A DNA stretch of 64,000 nucleotides, taken from Octopus vulgaris (lineage: Eukaryota). Position 1 is the first letter of the stretch; each line of letters begins with the position of its first letter. The DNA is taken from contig OX597814.1 in the NCBI GenBank assembly GCA_951406725.2, positions 72,106,001 through 72,170,000 of the forward strand, written 5' to 3'. Of this stretch, positions 26,690-40,634 are shown one piece after another. Under the pieces are notes generated by a model. That model was not told the origin of the DNA. It was given only the letters and a program-made list of their open reading frames with translations, and searched no databases. The position numbers and the translations under genes were made by a program.

Positions 26690-26960
26690 TGTACATTGAT
26701 GTTGCACATCCATTGGAGCATAGTAAATTCAGTCCTTTCTAGTATTTTCATGTCCTCTACACCCAGGACCCATATCTCATTATTTTGTACATTACTGTTT
26801 GTACACAAGCACCATACAGTCTGCCTTTCACTCTTAGGGAGAGACATTTTGTTATCTCTGAAATTTCTTCAGTCATTTCTTATTCTATCAACTATACTTT
26901 CAGAAGAGTCTCCTTCACTACTAATTAGGTTACCTACATAGCAGAAACAATCTACTACTT
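26690..26960 (-). mobile_element. Old RTE RT C-terminal fragment, abutting the piggyBac insertion
   Basis: CATACAGTCTGCCTTTCACTCT matches 40732-40754 and the reverse complement of RVKGRLYD coding sequence. Confidence 0.65.
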
Positions 26961-26964
26961 TTAA

Positions 26965-28034
26965 CCCTTTCGTTACTATATTTCTGACCAAAATACACCC
27001 CTTATGTGTTTCAATTAATTTCTAACGTAATCATAAATTTAATCTGGTTTCATTAAACAACTATAACTTTTTTATTTATCAATATATTAATCTGATTTTT
27101 GGAAGATAATTTAATGAAATATTCTCAACCAATTCTATACTATAATTTTTGTCGCAAAGTGACTCTAATTGCAGGTAGATACAGGTAAATTCAACAAAAT
27201 ATAAAATTAAAATTTTGTTCAAACATCGCTATAGAAAATGGGTTATTAGCTAATATTCAATTGGGTATACAACAAAATTTTACGATAGAATTTGTTATTC
27301 TGGGTAACTTTCTGATACCCATAATAATATTTATGGCAAAATAGTCTTAATTTCATTTAAGGTTATGGGAAACCACAAACTATCGTTTCTTTCGCTTTGT
27401 TTACGTTCGTTTTCGCCGTAATGATTTCAAATAGGCTCATTCGAAAAAGTAAAAAGAAATAGTCTAAGGCTTTACTCCTCTGGGAAAGTCTGTGGCTTGG
27501 TCCAGTTTCTTCAGAAAAATCACCGAAAGAAACAGTTTTTAAATTTTCACTCCATTCAGGTGCCAATTCGTTTTCTTTATCGCTGTCGGAGCTCTCGGAT
27601 TCACTGTTTTCACTTTCGGAAAATGAAACATCAGATTCATTATCAAATACCATGTGCTTTTTTTTTTCAGTCATAGAGTTAGATTTATGAAGGTCTTCAG
27701 TAGAAAATCCTTCGAATTCTGACTCGTTGCTTGATATAATGAAATTCGTATCCATTTTTTGTCAGAATTACAAATTTTGAAAACACAATAGGAACAAATT
27801 TCGGAAAAAAATCTCTCAAAATTCACGGAATTAAAATTACACTTCGATTATTGTACAAAACTGTAGTTGAACTGTTTACGAAGTATAATACGTGTTTTCA
27901 CGAATGTACTAAAGAGATTTGCTCTGATATTCTCATTTAAATATGAATAGGTAAATTCGGGCGGCTTTGGGCGGTTTGGTCACATTAACCAAAATTTTTT
28001 TGGGGCGGCTTTGGGCAGTTTGGTAACGAAAGGG
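26965..28034 (-). mobile_element. Internally deleted piggyBac transposon (1070 bp) with intact termini
   Basis: TTAA TSD at 26961-64 and 28035-38; TIR CCCTTTCGTTAC/GTAACGAAAGGG; doubled subterminal motif GGGCGGCTTTGGGCRGTTTGGT; ORF 27363-27755 encodes an acidic N-terminus and FSEETGP..ALDYFFLLF..IITAKTN typical of piggyBac transposases. Confidence 0.92.
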
Positions 28035-29715
28035 TTAAGGAACCAACTGGGCAACAACTACTGATTACTGTTGTACTAGAGAGCTTTTCCTCTCTTCATA
28101 TTTATTCTGATGGACCAAGTGCTTTTCCTGTTTTCATATTTTTAACTTTCTTTTTCAGAAATTAAGTAATATTATAAAACTATTTTTCAATCTTTATACA
28201 TGTTAAAGTAAAGCAAAAAAGCAATACTGCAAAACTAATTTTCTTTTGTACGTATTATTGTTAAAGAATAATTTCTAAGTTAAGCTAAATGTCTATCACA
28301 TATATCTGAATGGTTGCACTGAAAATCCATTAGACCATGGGATCATATATTATAAAGTACTGATTCAATCAGCTGTTGGGTGAATTAAAGAAAATGTAAC
28401 AAAAATTTTTTAATGATCTGAAAAATAGTTCTTTTTTTTTCATACATGAATTCTTATTCACCTTTCTTGAGAAGCTACTTTTAATGGATTACTAATATTG
28501 CTAATGTTTCTCTAATGTATTTTCTGTTTAAAATAGTTTGCATGCTGTTTAAGAAGATATAAGGAAATAAATATTTATATTTTTCTTTTCTTCACACTAC
28601 AATAGAATGGTCTGAAAAATATATTACTTCATGTATATATGTGCAACAAACATTTTAGTGCAGGTTTTCATATCTAACAATGCAGCTGCAGAAAAATACT
28701 CCAGGAAAGCAATCAACATTGCAAATATAGATACAGTAGCATATCAACTATGTAATATAATGAGTTGTAAGACTTATTGATGTAGTTAAAAGACAAAATC
28801 TCTCTTTTCTGCTTGGACTGTTTAAAATCTAAAAACAATAAACAGGAAAATATTTCCAATAAGATCAGTTGAAATGTTTGGGAAAACAATAAAGATTGGG
28901 TTTCATGTGCTCTTGAAAGCCATTATATATGTAATATGATTTGAAAACATCAATCAACTAAGATTATCCAAGCAGATAAAGAGTTTATAATCTAAAACCA
29001 ACAAGCAAAGCTATAGCTTCAATTTGATCAGATGATCAAAATTTTTGGACAATATCAACATTGTAGGTTGGTGTGGATTTAATCTTTAAACTGAAAAGAA
29101 CATGCTTTGCTGAGCTGATTTAATAAAGCAGAAAAATATCTGTTGCTTTCACCAGATCATTCAAAATATTCAGCTAAGCAATCTTGTTGCAGCTATGTTC
29201 CTTGCTTTTATGTTTTTTTTTAACAGCTTGGGAGGGAGATTTTGATTACTAATTGTGCTTGCATGGTTTCAGTTGATTGAAGCTTTTCTACTTTCTATAA
29301 TACAAACATATGAAACCCTATCATATTCTCATATTTAAATTTTATATAGTTATTACCTACTAAAATATATTATCCAGTAATATTCAGACATTTACACAGC
29401 CTTATTTCTATAGCAGTACCTCATCTTGTCTAATGCAGCAAAATATGACAGTTTGCTTTGACATGACTAAGTTTTATTTTATTTCCTTTCATACAAATTT
29501 CATTTTAAAATTGAAGTAGCATTTTAACAGTGACAGTACACAAACCAACTACTGTAGCATTCCGATATCAAGTTTCTACTTATTCACTTATTAACATTTA
29601 TTTTGTAAGTGGAACATTTTCTATTCTTTTTAAAAAGTTAATTAGAATTAGAATTTTTTTTTTATTGTTGCATAGCTATTTTAATGCATTTTGATTCTTA
29701 TCATTTATGATGAGT

Positions 29716-29935
29716 AAGGCAGCAAGCTGGCAGAAATGTTAGCACACCAGGTAAAATGCTTAGTGGCACTTTATCCACCCTTACATTCTAAGTTCAAATG
29801 CTGCTGAAGTCGACTTCACCTTTTATCTTTTCAGGATTAATAAAATAAGTACCAGTTTAGCACTGGGGTCAATGTCATCAACATTCCTCCTCCACCGAAA
29901 ATGCTGGTCTTGCACCAAAATTTGAAACCATTAAT
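29716..29935 (+). mobile_element. tRNA-derived SINE with conserved central domain
   Basis: A-box-like TGGCAGAAATG, B-box GTTCAAAT, central GTCGACTT..CTTT.ATC.TTTC.GG..T.ATAAAATAAGTACCAG; related fragments at 16750-16810, 51770-52140, 63610-63705, 63865-64000. Confidence 0.7.
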
Positions 29936-32900
29936 TACGATGAGTATTAGTGACATGCATAGCTATAAGCAACTCTATTTGACAATCTCACTGTGTAGTT
30001 TCAAAGTACTTAGTTGTCAATTCAAATACATAATATTTTAAGAACATATTTTCTTGTGTTTAGAAAACCTTTCAGTTTTTTTAGGAGTGGGATGTTCCAT
30101 AATTGTTAAAGGCATTCTGTATTGTGGTACTGTATGGCTGTTGTATCTTTCTCTTGGTCATTGCTACAGTTACTGAGCTAGTGTTTGTTATGATTAAAGC
30201 AAGAAAGAAAGAGCTAAGCCTATATTATTTTGATAAATCATGATACACCACACTTCAAAAATAGAGTCCAGAGCTGTGGGGAAAGCTAATCAAAATAGAC
30301 AAGTATCCTCTCCAAGTAATTTTAACTTCTTATATACTGTAGAAACAGGAATATGTTTTGATTCCTTTATTTCATAGTAGCCATTTTTGATTCTTGAAAA
30401 ATGTTTCATAAAATCAATTTTTTTCTTTTTTAAATCATTTTGTTATCAATTTCTGAAGATATTTCCTAAACACTTTGCAAGTTTTCCCTTTTAATACACA
30501 TTAGTATTAGATACTTGCTGCACTGCTAGTTTTTAAAAGAAACAATAGCAAAATCCAAGATGTGAGACATTTTTCAATGAGGAATCCTTTAATTAGTCTT
30601 GTTTGCTACACATCCCTGATTCCTAAGCTGTTAACCTATTACCACATAACCACCCTACTTGAAGACTCACTCACTCTTACCTTTTACCACTCATGCCTCT
30701 CTATAATTTTCATTTTCTACTCTGACAGAAGAGACACATCTCCAGATTAGTAACTCACTAGTTCACAGCCATATCCAACAGGCAGCATCAAATGCTCTCT
30801 TCCTAGATGACTCACCTGTGCCTCCTTATACATCACAACCAAATCTCCACTGAAATATCCCATACAAAGTCACTCAAAACTTTCTTAAAATCCCTGAAAT
30901 CTTTTGAAACTTTGTTTGCATGCTGAACCTAACACAAACATTGCCCTACTTCCTACAAAATAAATTTTTTAAATATTCTGTCCCTTCCCACTGTTGTGTC
31001 AGTTTCTATATGCACAGCACTTTTATTATGTCCCCTGTACCCTTAATTCCCATACTTTACTTTGTCACTTTTGCCACTGACCACTCTCTCGTTGCCTGGT
31101 TAACCAACCCTCCTTACCCGCCAATCCACATATATATTTCAGTACTAACTCAGACATTTTAAAATTATTCTCTCTCAGTTGAAGAATTTTCTTGAAACAT
31201 CAAGATTCTTATCTTCTCCTTTGCATACAAGCCTATCCAAGTTTACAAGCTTCACTAAATAAATTGACCTCTTGCTATTTATTTACATGTGTTGAACTTC
31301 TCCCACTAATATCTTTTTTTTATTAGAGCTAATACATTCATCCTCATTATCATCCATTGTCCATGCTGGTATATCAGTAAAAGTTAACAATTATTACTTT
31401 GCAGTATATCTTACCTTAGACAACACATTTACTTCGGCATTTACTGCTTTTTAGTTGCAAATCTGTTTTCATTTCATTCTATATTAAATTTCCACTTATT
31501 TTATTTATTTTTTTATTACTTTGTTTACTGAATTCATAAGCTTTTCCTCACTTTCTCTCCTTTTCTTTAAAATGCTAGTCCTAATTTTTAAGTTCTATTT
31601 TGTTATTTCTCCAGCTTCTTAAACATTATTTTGATTCCCTCCTAAAAAAATCTTTATCCATAATCAGTTGTAGATTAAAGAACAAAATTGAAACATTGAA
31701 GACCTTTTGCTATAATTAATAAAATATTTATTGATTCGCAACTGCTAAACGTATGCTCAATGATTCCAAATGGGGTTATAGCCCTTGGTTTACTTAATCC
31801 CACTTCAGTGACATAGTATGTCTATTTACACAGACAGACTTATATTAAATACATACATACTGGTTCTCTACAAAACAGTCTACATGCTACATTGCATATA
31901 ATAGTATCTTTACTAATATACTATGGATATATGCATGCACATATACATACATAAAATCTGCTTAAGGAAACTGTTCATGTAATGAATACTATACCCTAAA
32001 GCTTTTACCATTAATACAGGCCCGATAAAAAAAAAAAAAAGCAGTAATCTTCTTTAGATAAATGTGATAAAACATCTGTTTAGGAAAAATAGTAGCTGTA
32101 ATCAAGCAATGAAAATAAACTGTAATTTGACATGTGAACTACTACTACATACATCATGGCCAGACCAAAAATTGTGGTCAGTTGATAGATAGTTTTTAAC
32201 TAAATCAAAAATTGTGGTGTCTCAGCATGACCACAGCTCTTGAGCTGAAACTAGTAACGGATAAAGGATAACTGTATGAATTCTACAAAAATCTCTTAAC
32301 TGATAGCATAAAGATGATGAACTACCAGAGTCTAAAATACTCTTAACTTCCTATTTCAGTACCAAGCAGTTTTAGCAGTAAGCCTACTCTTCCTATCTAA
32401 CCATCAAAATCATACAAGTGAGAACAGACTAGTGGGGTTTTTTTTTCTTCCAAGAAAACCTGTGAAGAACATATACATGTGCATGGATGAATGTATGTAT
32501 GCCTATGTATAAACTGATGTTCTACAAATCAATCTGCATGCTGCGTCTCATCTGAATGATATCATTTAGGTACGACTGAGGCTTGCTCTAAATATAGAAT
32601 GAAAAGCAGATTTTATTTATGTTAAACAGAAATCATTTCATAGTTAAAATTTATTTCACATCTGTGAATTTCATAAAGATATATCTACTTTTCCTGTCAC
32701 AACTCTAGCTTTTGCTACAAATAATTACTTTACCTTACATCTTGAACATTCAACATAAACTCACAGCTTCTAATCTTACCATTACTTTCTAACCCATTTC
32801 AATAAATATTAGATGGCTTGAGTATAAAAAAAAAATATCCTGTTCTATTCTAATATTATAATCATAGGTAACTCTAATAAAGCTTTCATATACTTTTCCT

Positions 32901-33769
32901 TCATTACCTGCTCATTAAAAAAATACAGCCACCAATACAAAATGTTGTGACCTATAATTTCTAGGTTCTTTTTTTTTAATCTTTTCTTTACCTCTTTTGT
33001 TGCTGTTTTTAAGCAGCAGTAGTAGTTGTGGTTAAAGTACTAAAATGTGATTTCAGGAAGATTTGGTTGCTAATTATAGCTTATCAAGCAACTGCATGGC
33101 ATCTCTTATGTTGTTTCAAAAACTGTAGATGCTGTTAATACATATGAAAAATGAACTCAAAATATCTACTCCAGCTCTTCCTTAAAAAAAAGAAGTATTT
33201 CTTATATATATTAGTGATATTGGGTATTTTTCTTCATCTGATTTGGATTAAGACTGTACTAGCCAATACAGGTACAGCATATGAATTGTATGTGTGTTGT
33301 CTCTAGTTTTGCTCATCTATTTTGTTAATTTTATTTTTTTCCCATCTATCCTTGGTCTATACATTCTCCACTATCACTTCAAAGCACTTTCCTATCTATT
33401 ATTATTCACAGTTAGCTTTGCCACTATAGTTCTTCATTAAGTGTGGCATCATAAAACAAACCAAGTTACACAACACATGGAATGGACCAAGTAAACAATA
33501 TGTAACCTTAATAGATTGTTGATAGCCTCTGCAGAATAAACTGTGACAATGGATCATGTAATGTGCACCAAAAATTGCAACAGTGATTAAATGGGCTTGA
33601 CAGAAAGTTGACTCTCTATGTGTTCACTTGATCTATTAAAAAAGACAACAAAATCTCCCTTAAATTACAACTCACTATCTTAAGAGAGCACGAGCACATT
33701 AAAAAATGTATTTACAAATATAGAATGGTCACAACTGGAATGGTTTTAATCATAAGCTTCCTCTTTTGA

Positions 33770-33965
33770 TATTCAGATCACTTATTTATTCACATCATTT
33801 TAAATTAATCATGCATTATCTCAGCTTTGAAATTTTGATGGTCTGGTTGTTTATTTTTAGAATAAAATTGTAGGGTAGGTGTGAGAAGCATAATCTCATC
33901 ACTTTGAACAAAAAATAGGTAAAATATTTTGGCCAGATATGGTCCATTTAAATGCTAAAGGCATA
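33770..33965 (+). mobile_element. MITE family A, partial
   Basis: AATTAATCATGCATTATCTC core and TTTAAATGCTAAAGG end shared with other copies. Confidence 0.7.
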
Positions 33966-36900
33966 ATGCTTACCTGAGGCTAAACAACAACAAACAATAA
34001 TAACATCTTGACAGGTAACTTGATAAGCAGTCTTACAGATTGAGGAAAAGTCCAAGAGTTTAAATCGTATCACATCACCACCACTATCAATAAGTCACTA
34101 TTTAAGTACTTGTCTGATTTTCAATACATTCAGATAAACATAGGTAGGAATTTTTTTGAATCATCTTAGATTCTTTTGTGAAAGATTTCAAAGAAATTTT
34201 ACAAATATGCATCAAAAACGAAACAAGCATTCTACGAAGATGCATTGATGCAGTATTGCCTGCCCAAACTGGACTTTCCTACAATCAAACCTGAGATGAA
34301 AGGGGGAAATTTATTGTCAGAAGGTGAGAAAAATAGAGAAGGTTGAATAAACTAAAATCTCTTCTAAGTAATACACCTTTGCCCATTAACTTTGATTCTG
34401 TGTTGAAGCTTAACATTGTACATAACATATACAAAATGCAACCACATGGCTCTAGGTTCAATTCCACAGTATGGTTCTTTGGACGAATGTCTTTACCATA
34501 GTTGAGGGTTGACTAAGAGCCCATAAGCGGTTATGTGTGTGTATGTATTCGTGCTTCCTTATGACTCTTAAATTAGCAGTTTGACAAACAGATTTATAAA
34601 ATGAATACCATTTTGATTCGTATTCTTTGCTATCTGTAAAAGTGACTAGCTACATCTTTACAGGCCATTTTACTGGAGACAACTCATACATTTCAAATTT
34701 GCTTCTTCTAATTCATTATTTGCAAATTTTTCATTTCCTTGTCAAATTCCCACTTATTCTCTTTCTTCTTAGATCACTTTGTACATTTACTAAACTTGAG
34801 TAAACTTGCTTGGCCTACTAAAACCTTTGAACTGATAAAAGAATAAAAGACTCATTTTAAATTTAAAGAAACAGGAAGCTTTTACTAACTTTCTCACAAA
34901 ACACTCAACACGTTGCTCCATTTTCTTTTTCTTACATCCTACCAAGAATGTTGTTAAACTACAAACTTCTTAACTATCCTGTAGAATCAGATAGCAATGA
35001 TTTTATTGTTACTTTTTGTTCTCTGTTGGTTAGATTCTTCCTGAGAATGAATATTAATCTTTCAATTCCTGAAGGCAAAATTCTCCATACGGGTTTCTGT
35101 ATCACAAAATACTTGCCAGGCTAAACAACATGGAAAAATATTCCTTTGAGTGCTGCAGAGAAAGAATTTGTTTGAAAACAGGCTAAATTCTCTCCAATAT
35201 GTTGTTCACATTTACAGGAGAGTGAACACACACAGTATTTTCATACGAAAATACTCATGCTCCACACTTGTGCAAAACCCAAAATGCACTGCAACATATG
35301 TTAGAATGTTGACACAAACACACAAAATTACACACACATACAATAATTCACTTGCACATAAAGAAATGCACATCTATATTCTCTTTCCTCTCTCACTGCG
35401 CCCCACCTCCATTTCTCTATCAACACATGCATAATTTCCTTTATCTTTCTATATTATTAAGAAGACTGCAAATACTTTAACTACTTTTAGCTAATATTGC
35501 TAAAACATTTTGCATGCTTCAGTTTCCATCTTCCCAGTTAATCATGAATGATACAACTTTTATATCTTTTTACAGTCTTATCCTTATATCAGGAGAGATA
35601 CTTAAAAAATCTGAAGATTTTTACTCTTCTTGCTAAAGGCATGCAGTAATCCAATTAAAGTTCCTTCTTTAACATTAAATACCAAACTTTTCACAGAAAA
35701 TCTCTGTAGCTCCTTCATAAATCATTGCATATTTTGAACTTTGATTCAACGTAAGAGGCAGCATCTTGTTCAGAGTGCTTCTTACAGTTTAACTGATCAG
35801 ATCAAAATACAAACCACTCAAGTACTTGCTATGATCAAGAAGCCTAATATTTTCAAGCAAGATTCAAATTCATAAATACCCTCTCATAACTTCTGATTAT
35901 CATTGCAATATCTCCACAGTTATCTGCTCTTGTTTCATTTAAGTAAATATCAATGATTCAGAAAAAGTTGCACTAACTTATGTTGACAGACGTTTTAAAG
36001 TGTCTTCATATCAGTGTATGTGAGTGTGTATTTCATTTCATGTTAGCATATAGTAAATGTATTTAGAACAGAAGTCTTTCAGAGTTTGTTTGCTTTCATA
36101 ATGGCAAATATTTATCAATTGGAAGTTTACATTCAGTTATATTGATGCAACAGTAGACAGAGAGAATGAGATGGCTCACAGTTTTACTTAGCCAAAGTAA
36201 TTAATGTCACCTTAAATTAGTTAGTTGTACAAAGCATAAATAAGTTACTGGGTTGATGTACTAGATGACACAAGCAGACTAATTATGTAACTGAAATATC
36301 CCACTTGGAGAAAGAAAACAAGCCTTGTGGAAAATTATTTTCTTTTGTTCTATTTTGTTTTTTCTTTCTCCACTTAAGAGGAAATTTTCAATTAGTTGAG
36401 AATTTATTTTGTATACATATTGTTTACTCCTTAACTAATTTATTGAAATTTATTTTTTTGATCCATTTAAATTTCTTCTGTAAGCTTATATTATTTTTTA
36501 CTGACACAAAATATAGTTCACTACCTATGAAGAGTTAGTATGCCAAAGTTATGGGATAAGCCATGTGTGTGCCTTTTAGTAATAACTGGTGTAAGCTGAG
36601 ATATTATAGATCCATTTGTGTACTTTATCTAACCTGCTATTAGGTTTTATTTAGCAGACCTATGGTGCTATGATTATTGGCTGTATGACAAGCTGCAATC
36701 CACAGATCTATAGCATGAGATCAGTTGCTATGGTTTCCTATGATGAAATCTTATCACTTTGACCAGTATTTTAGCCCCAAACCAGCATTCTCTTGTGATA
36801 TTATTTTATCCAGGACTGAGTTATTCAACAACTTTTTAAGATTAAAAAGTGAAGTCAGAAGCTACCTTGTGCAAGATCCCTTTCTGTTGTCGAACAAGTG

Positions 36901-37572
36901 AAAATGGGACTCAGACAGTAGTATGTGCCTTACTAAGAGAACATTGCCTTCTCCATGTATAGTGTTTACTTTAGGCAAGTTTTATACTTTTTTGCACCGT
37001 TCCTGCACTATAAATACAATACCACAGTTCTGAATCCATTTTCAGATTTGTTTCTTGATTACTTAAATGTACATTTTAGTATTTCAGAGGCTTTTGTATC
37101 TCAAAAGAGTATGCTTATATGATCACAAAGCAGTCTCTTCTCAACATATTACATGTGAACAAACTGCAGGTTATATAACCGAAATCATTCATATAAATAA
37201 GAAATGCAATAGATACAGCACAAGAAAATTTCTTTAAGACATTGGAGATTATAATGCTTTTAAATACTGATCACACATCATCATCATCAAACACCCACTT
37301 TTCCATGTTTTTTCATGAGTCAGAGAGCTTATTGATGCATATTTTCTGCAGTCGTATGCCTTTCCTGTCCCTAACTCTCACCTGTTTCCAAGCAAAGTAA
37401 TATTTCCTCATGGCCAGGCATATTCTCACAGAATATTGGAAATGAATGACACCACTTGTATGACAGTGACACTCATTTACAATTATCATACAATGTCAAG
37501 ACAAGCTGACACATGTGTGCACACACATACAGTCAGCAAGCCCTTTTCAGCTCCATCTCCCAGACCCATTCA

Positions 37573-37975
37573 CATCATCATTATCATTGTTTAACATCTG
37601 CTTTCCATGCTAGCATGGGTTAAATGGTTTGATATGGAGCTGGCCAGCAGGGAGCTGTCCAGACTTGAAATGTCTGCTGTGACATGGTTTCTGCAGTTGG
37701 ATGCTCTTTTAAATGCCAACCACTTAACAGAATGTGTTTGGTGCTTTTTACTTGCTACTGGCACAAGTTTGTTTACACAGCACCAACACTGTTGCATTAA
37801 CACAGCACTAGCGCACAATTAGATCTTGACACTTCTTTGCACAACTGTCCTCATCCATACACATCATGTGACCAAAGCAGCACAGTCTTCTTTCTTACAC
37901 ACAACATCTAATGCCTCTTATATCCAGTTTTTCTTTTCAAATCATTTACACTCTTGACATGCATGCACACTGACA
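37573..37975 (-). mobile_element. Older RTE copy, 3' part (split by a younger RTE insertion)
   Basis: (CAT)n-like tail, TTCCATGCTAGCATGGG, ending at ATGCACACTGACA; continues at 40632. Confidence 0.8.
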
Positions 37976-40634
37976 AGACAACTAGAGGATTCTAAGGGAC
38001 AACCTGCTGAGAGCCACTGACCAGATCTGTGGCTGGTGCAAAGTCCCCTCTCGTCCCAAAATAACGTGGTGGTGGAACAATGTTGTAGACAGGGCTATTA
38101 AAGGAAAGAGACAGGCTTGGAAGGACTGGAAGAATGGGGGTAGCAGGGAATTTTATCAGACTGCCAAAAGAGAAGCTAGGAGACAGGTTTATTTAGCCAG
38201 GGGGGAAGCGGATAAGAAAAAATTTGCCAATGTTCTGCGCCGTGAGGACCAAAGACTTGAGGTATTTCGTGTTGCAAGACAGTGTGTGGGAGAGAATCGT
38301 GATGTGGTAGGAGAGAAATGTGTTCGCATGGATGATGGCTCACTTGCGCTAAATGAGGATGCAAAGAGAGAGGTTTGGAGACACCACTATGAAAGGTTGC
38401 TGAATAAAGAAAATGAATGGGATAAAGAGAGTCTGCCGAATGTTGACCCAACAGAGGGACCAGCTATCCGAGTTGACTGTTCCTTGGTAGTTAAGGCAAT
38501 TAGAAGCATGAAGACAGGGAAAGCCCCAGCCCATCAGGAATTACTGCAGAGATGCTCAAAATATCAGGTAGTGTCAGCTATAGCCTAGTTACCCGTATAG
38601 TTAACCAGGTGATACACGAAGGAGTCATACCCAATGACTGGTGTAGCAGCATAATAGTCAACTGCTACAAAGGTAAAGGTAACGCCCTAGATAGAAATAA
38701 TTACAGAGGTATCAAGCTGTTGGATCAGGTAATGAAGGTTACGGAGAGGGTCCTAATTAGAGAGAGAGTTAGTTTAGATGAGATGCAGTTTGGGTTCGTG
38801 CCAGGGAAAAGCACCACTGATGCCATATTCCTGGTAAGACAGCTGCAGCAGAAAAATCTAACCAAAGAAACGCCCCTGTATCTGGCTTTTGTTGACATGG
38901 AGAAAGCCTTCGACAGAGTCCCCTGATCCCTTATCTGGTGGTCAATGAGGAAACTAGGGATAAATGAATGGTTTGTGAGAGCTGTGCAAGCCATGTACAG
39001 GGATGCTGCTAGTAATGTGAGGGTTGGTAACGAGTACAGTGAAGAATTCCGGGTAGAGGTAGGGGTCCACTAAGGTTCAGTCCTCAGCCCCCTCTTATTT
39101 ATCATAGTCCTCCAGGCAATAACGGAGGAATTCAAGACAGGATGTCCCTGGAAGCTCCTCTACACTGATGACCTTGCTCTAATTGCTGAGTCACTATCAG
39201 AACTGGAGGAGAAGTTCCAGGTGTGGAAGCAAGGATTAGAATCGAAGGGCCTCAGAGTCAACCTAGCTAAAACCAAAGTCCTAATAAGTAGGAAGGTAGA
39301 CAAGTCACAAACGCCTTCAGGTAGATGGCCCTGCTCGATCTGTAGAAAAGGCGTAGGCAGAAACTCTATAAGATGCACCAAGTGCAAGCTATAGACACAT
39401 AAGAGGTGCAGCAACATCAAGGGAAGACTAACTGGGAAGATAGTTTTTGTATGTGGCAGATGCTCAGGAGCAATAAACACTGAAAATACGCAGAGACCAA
39501 CTTCCTCCACATTCCAGGGAGAAAAACTAGAAATAGTTAATAGCTTCCGTTACCTAGGTGACCAAGTCAGTAGCAAGGGCGGGTGTGTTGAAAGTGTAAC
39601 TGCTTGAGTAAGAATAGCCTGGGCAAAGTTCAGAGAGCTCTTACCCCTGCTGGTGACAAAAGGCCTCTCGCTCAGAGTAAAAGGCAGACTGTATGACGCA
39701 TGTGTACGAACAGCCGTGAAACATGAGCCGTGACTGCTGAAGATATGTGTAAGCTCGCAAGAAATGAAGCCAGTATGCTCTGATGGAAGTGTAATGTCAG
39801 TGTTCATACTCGACAGAGTGTAAGTAACTTGAGAGAAAAGTTGAACCTAAGAAGCCTCAGTTGTGGTGTGCAAGAGAGCTGTTGCGATGGTATGGTCATG
39901 TAGCGAGAATGGATGAAGATAGTTGTGTGAAAAAGTGCCACACCCTAGCGGTTGAGGGAACCTGTGGAAGAGGTAGATCCAGGAAAACCTAGGACGAGGT
40001 GGTGAAGCACGACCTTCGAACTTTAGGTCTCACCGAGGAAATGACTAGAGGCCAAGACCTCTGGAAGTATGCTGTGCATGAGAAGACCCAGCAGGACAAG
40101 TGAGGCCATAACTCGTGGCCTCAGTCCACTTATGCATACCTTTCCTTCTTGTGACACAAAACTCTACTTGTGAAGACCTGTTGGGGCAAGTGAATTACAA
40201 AACAAAACCAAAATCAAAATCGATCAACATCAATGGAAATCGTAGCTGTGATACCAGTGCCGGTGGCACATAAGAGAACCATCTAAACGTGGCCATTGCC
40301 AGCGCCGCGCCAACTGCCTCCGTGCCAGTGGCACGTAAAAAGCATCTGATTATGGCTGTTGCCAGCCTCATCTGGCCTCCGTACCGGTGGCACGTAAAAA
40401 GCACCATCCAATCGTGGCTGTTTGCTAATCTCGTCTGGCACCTGTGCCGGTGGCACGTAAAAAGCGCCCACTACACTCATGGAGTGGTTGGCATTAGGAA
40501 GGGCATCCAGCCGTAGAAACATTGCCAGATCAGACTGGACCTGGTGCAGCCTTCTAGCTTCCCAGACCCCAGTTGAACCGTCCAACCCATGCCAGCATGG
40601 AAAGCAGACGCTAAACAATGATGATGATGATGAT
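37976..40634 (+). mobile_element. 5'-truncated RTE LINE with frameshifts and stops
   Basis: Colinear with 4694-7186; YTDD replaces YADD; retains the FRYLG segment; (GAT)n tail. Confidence 0.95.

Noticed and set aside
31155-31215. Another hammerhead-like motif (TTGAAGA...GAAAC)
   Set aside because: Too degenerate to support; stems not evident
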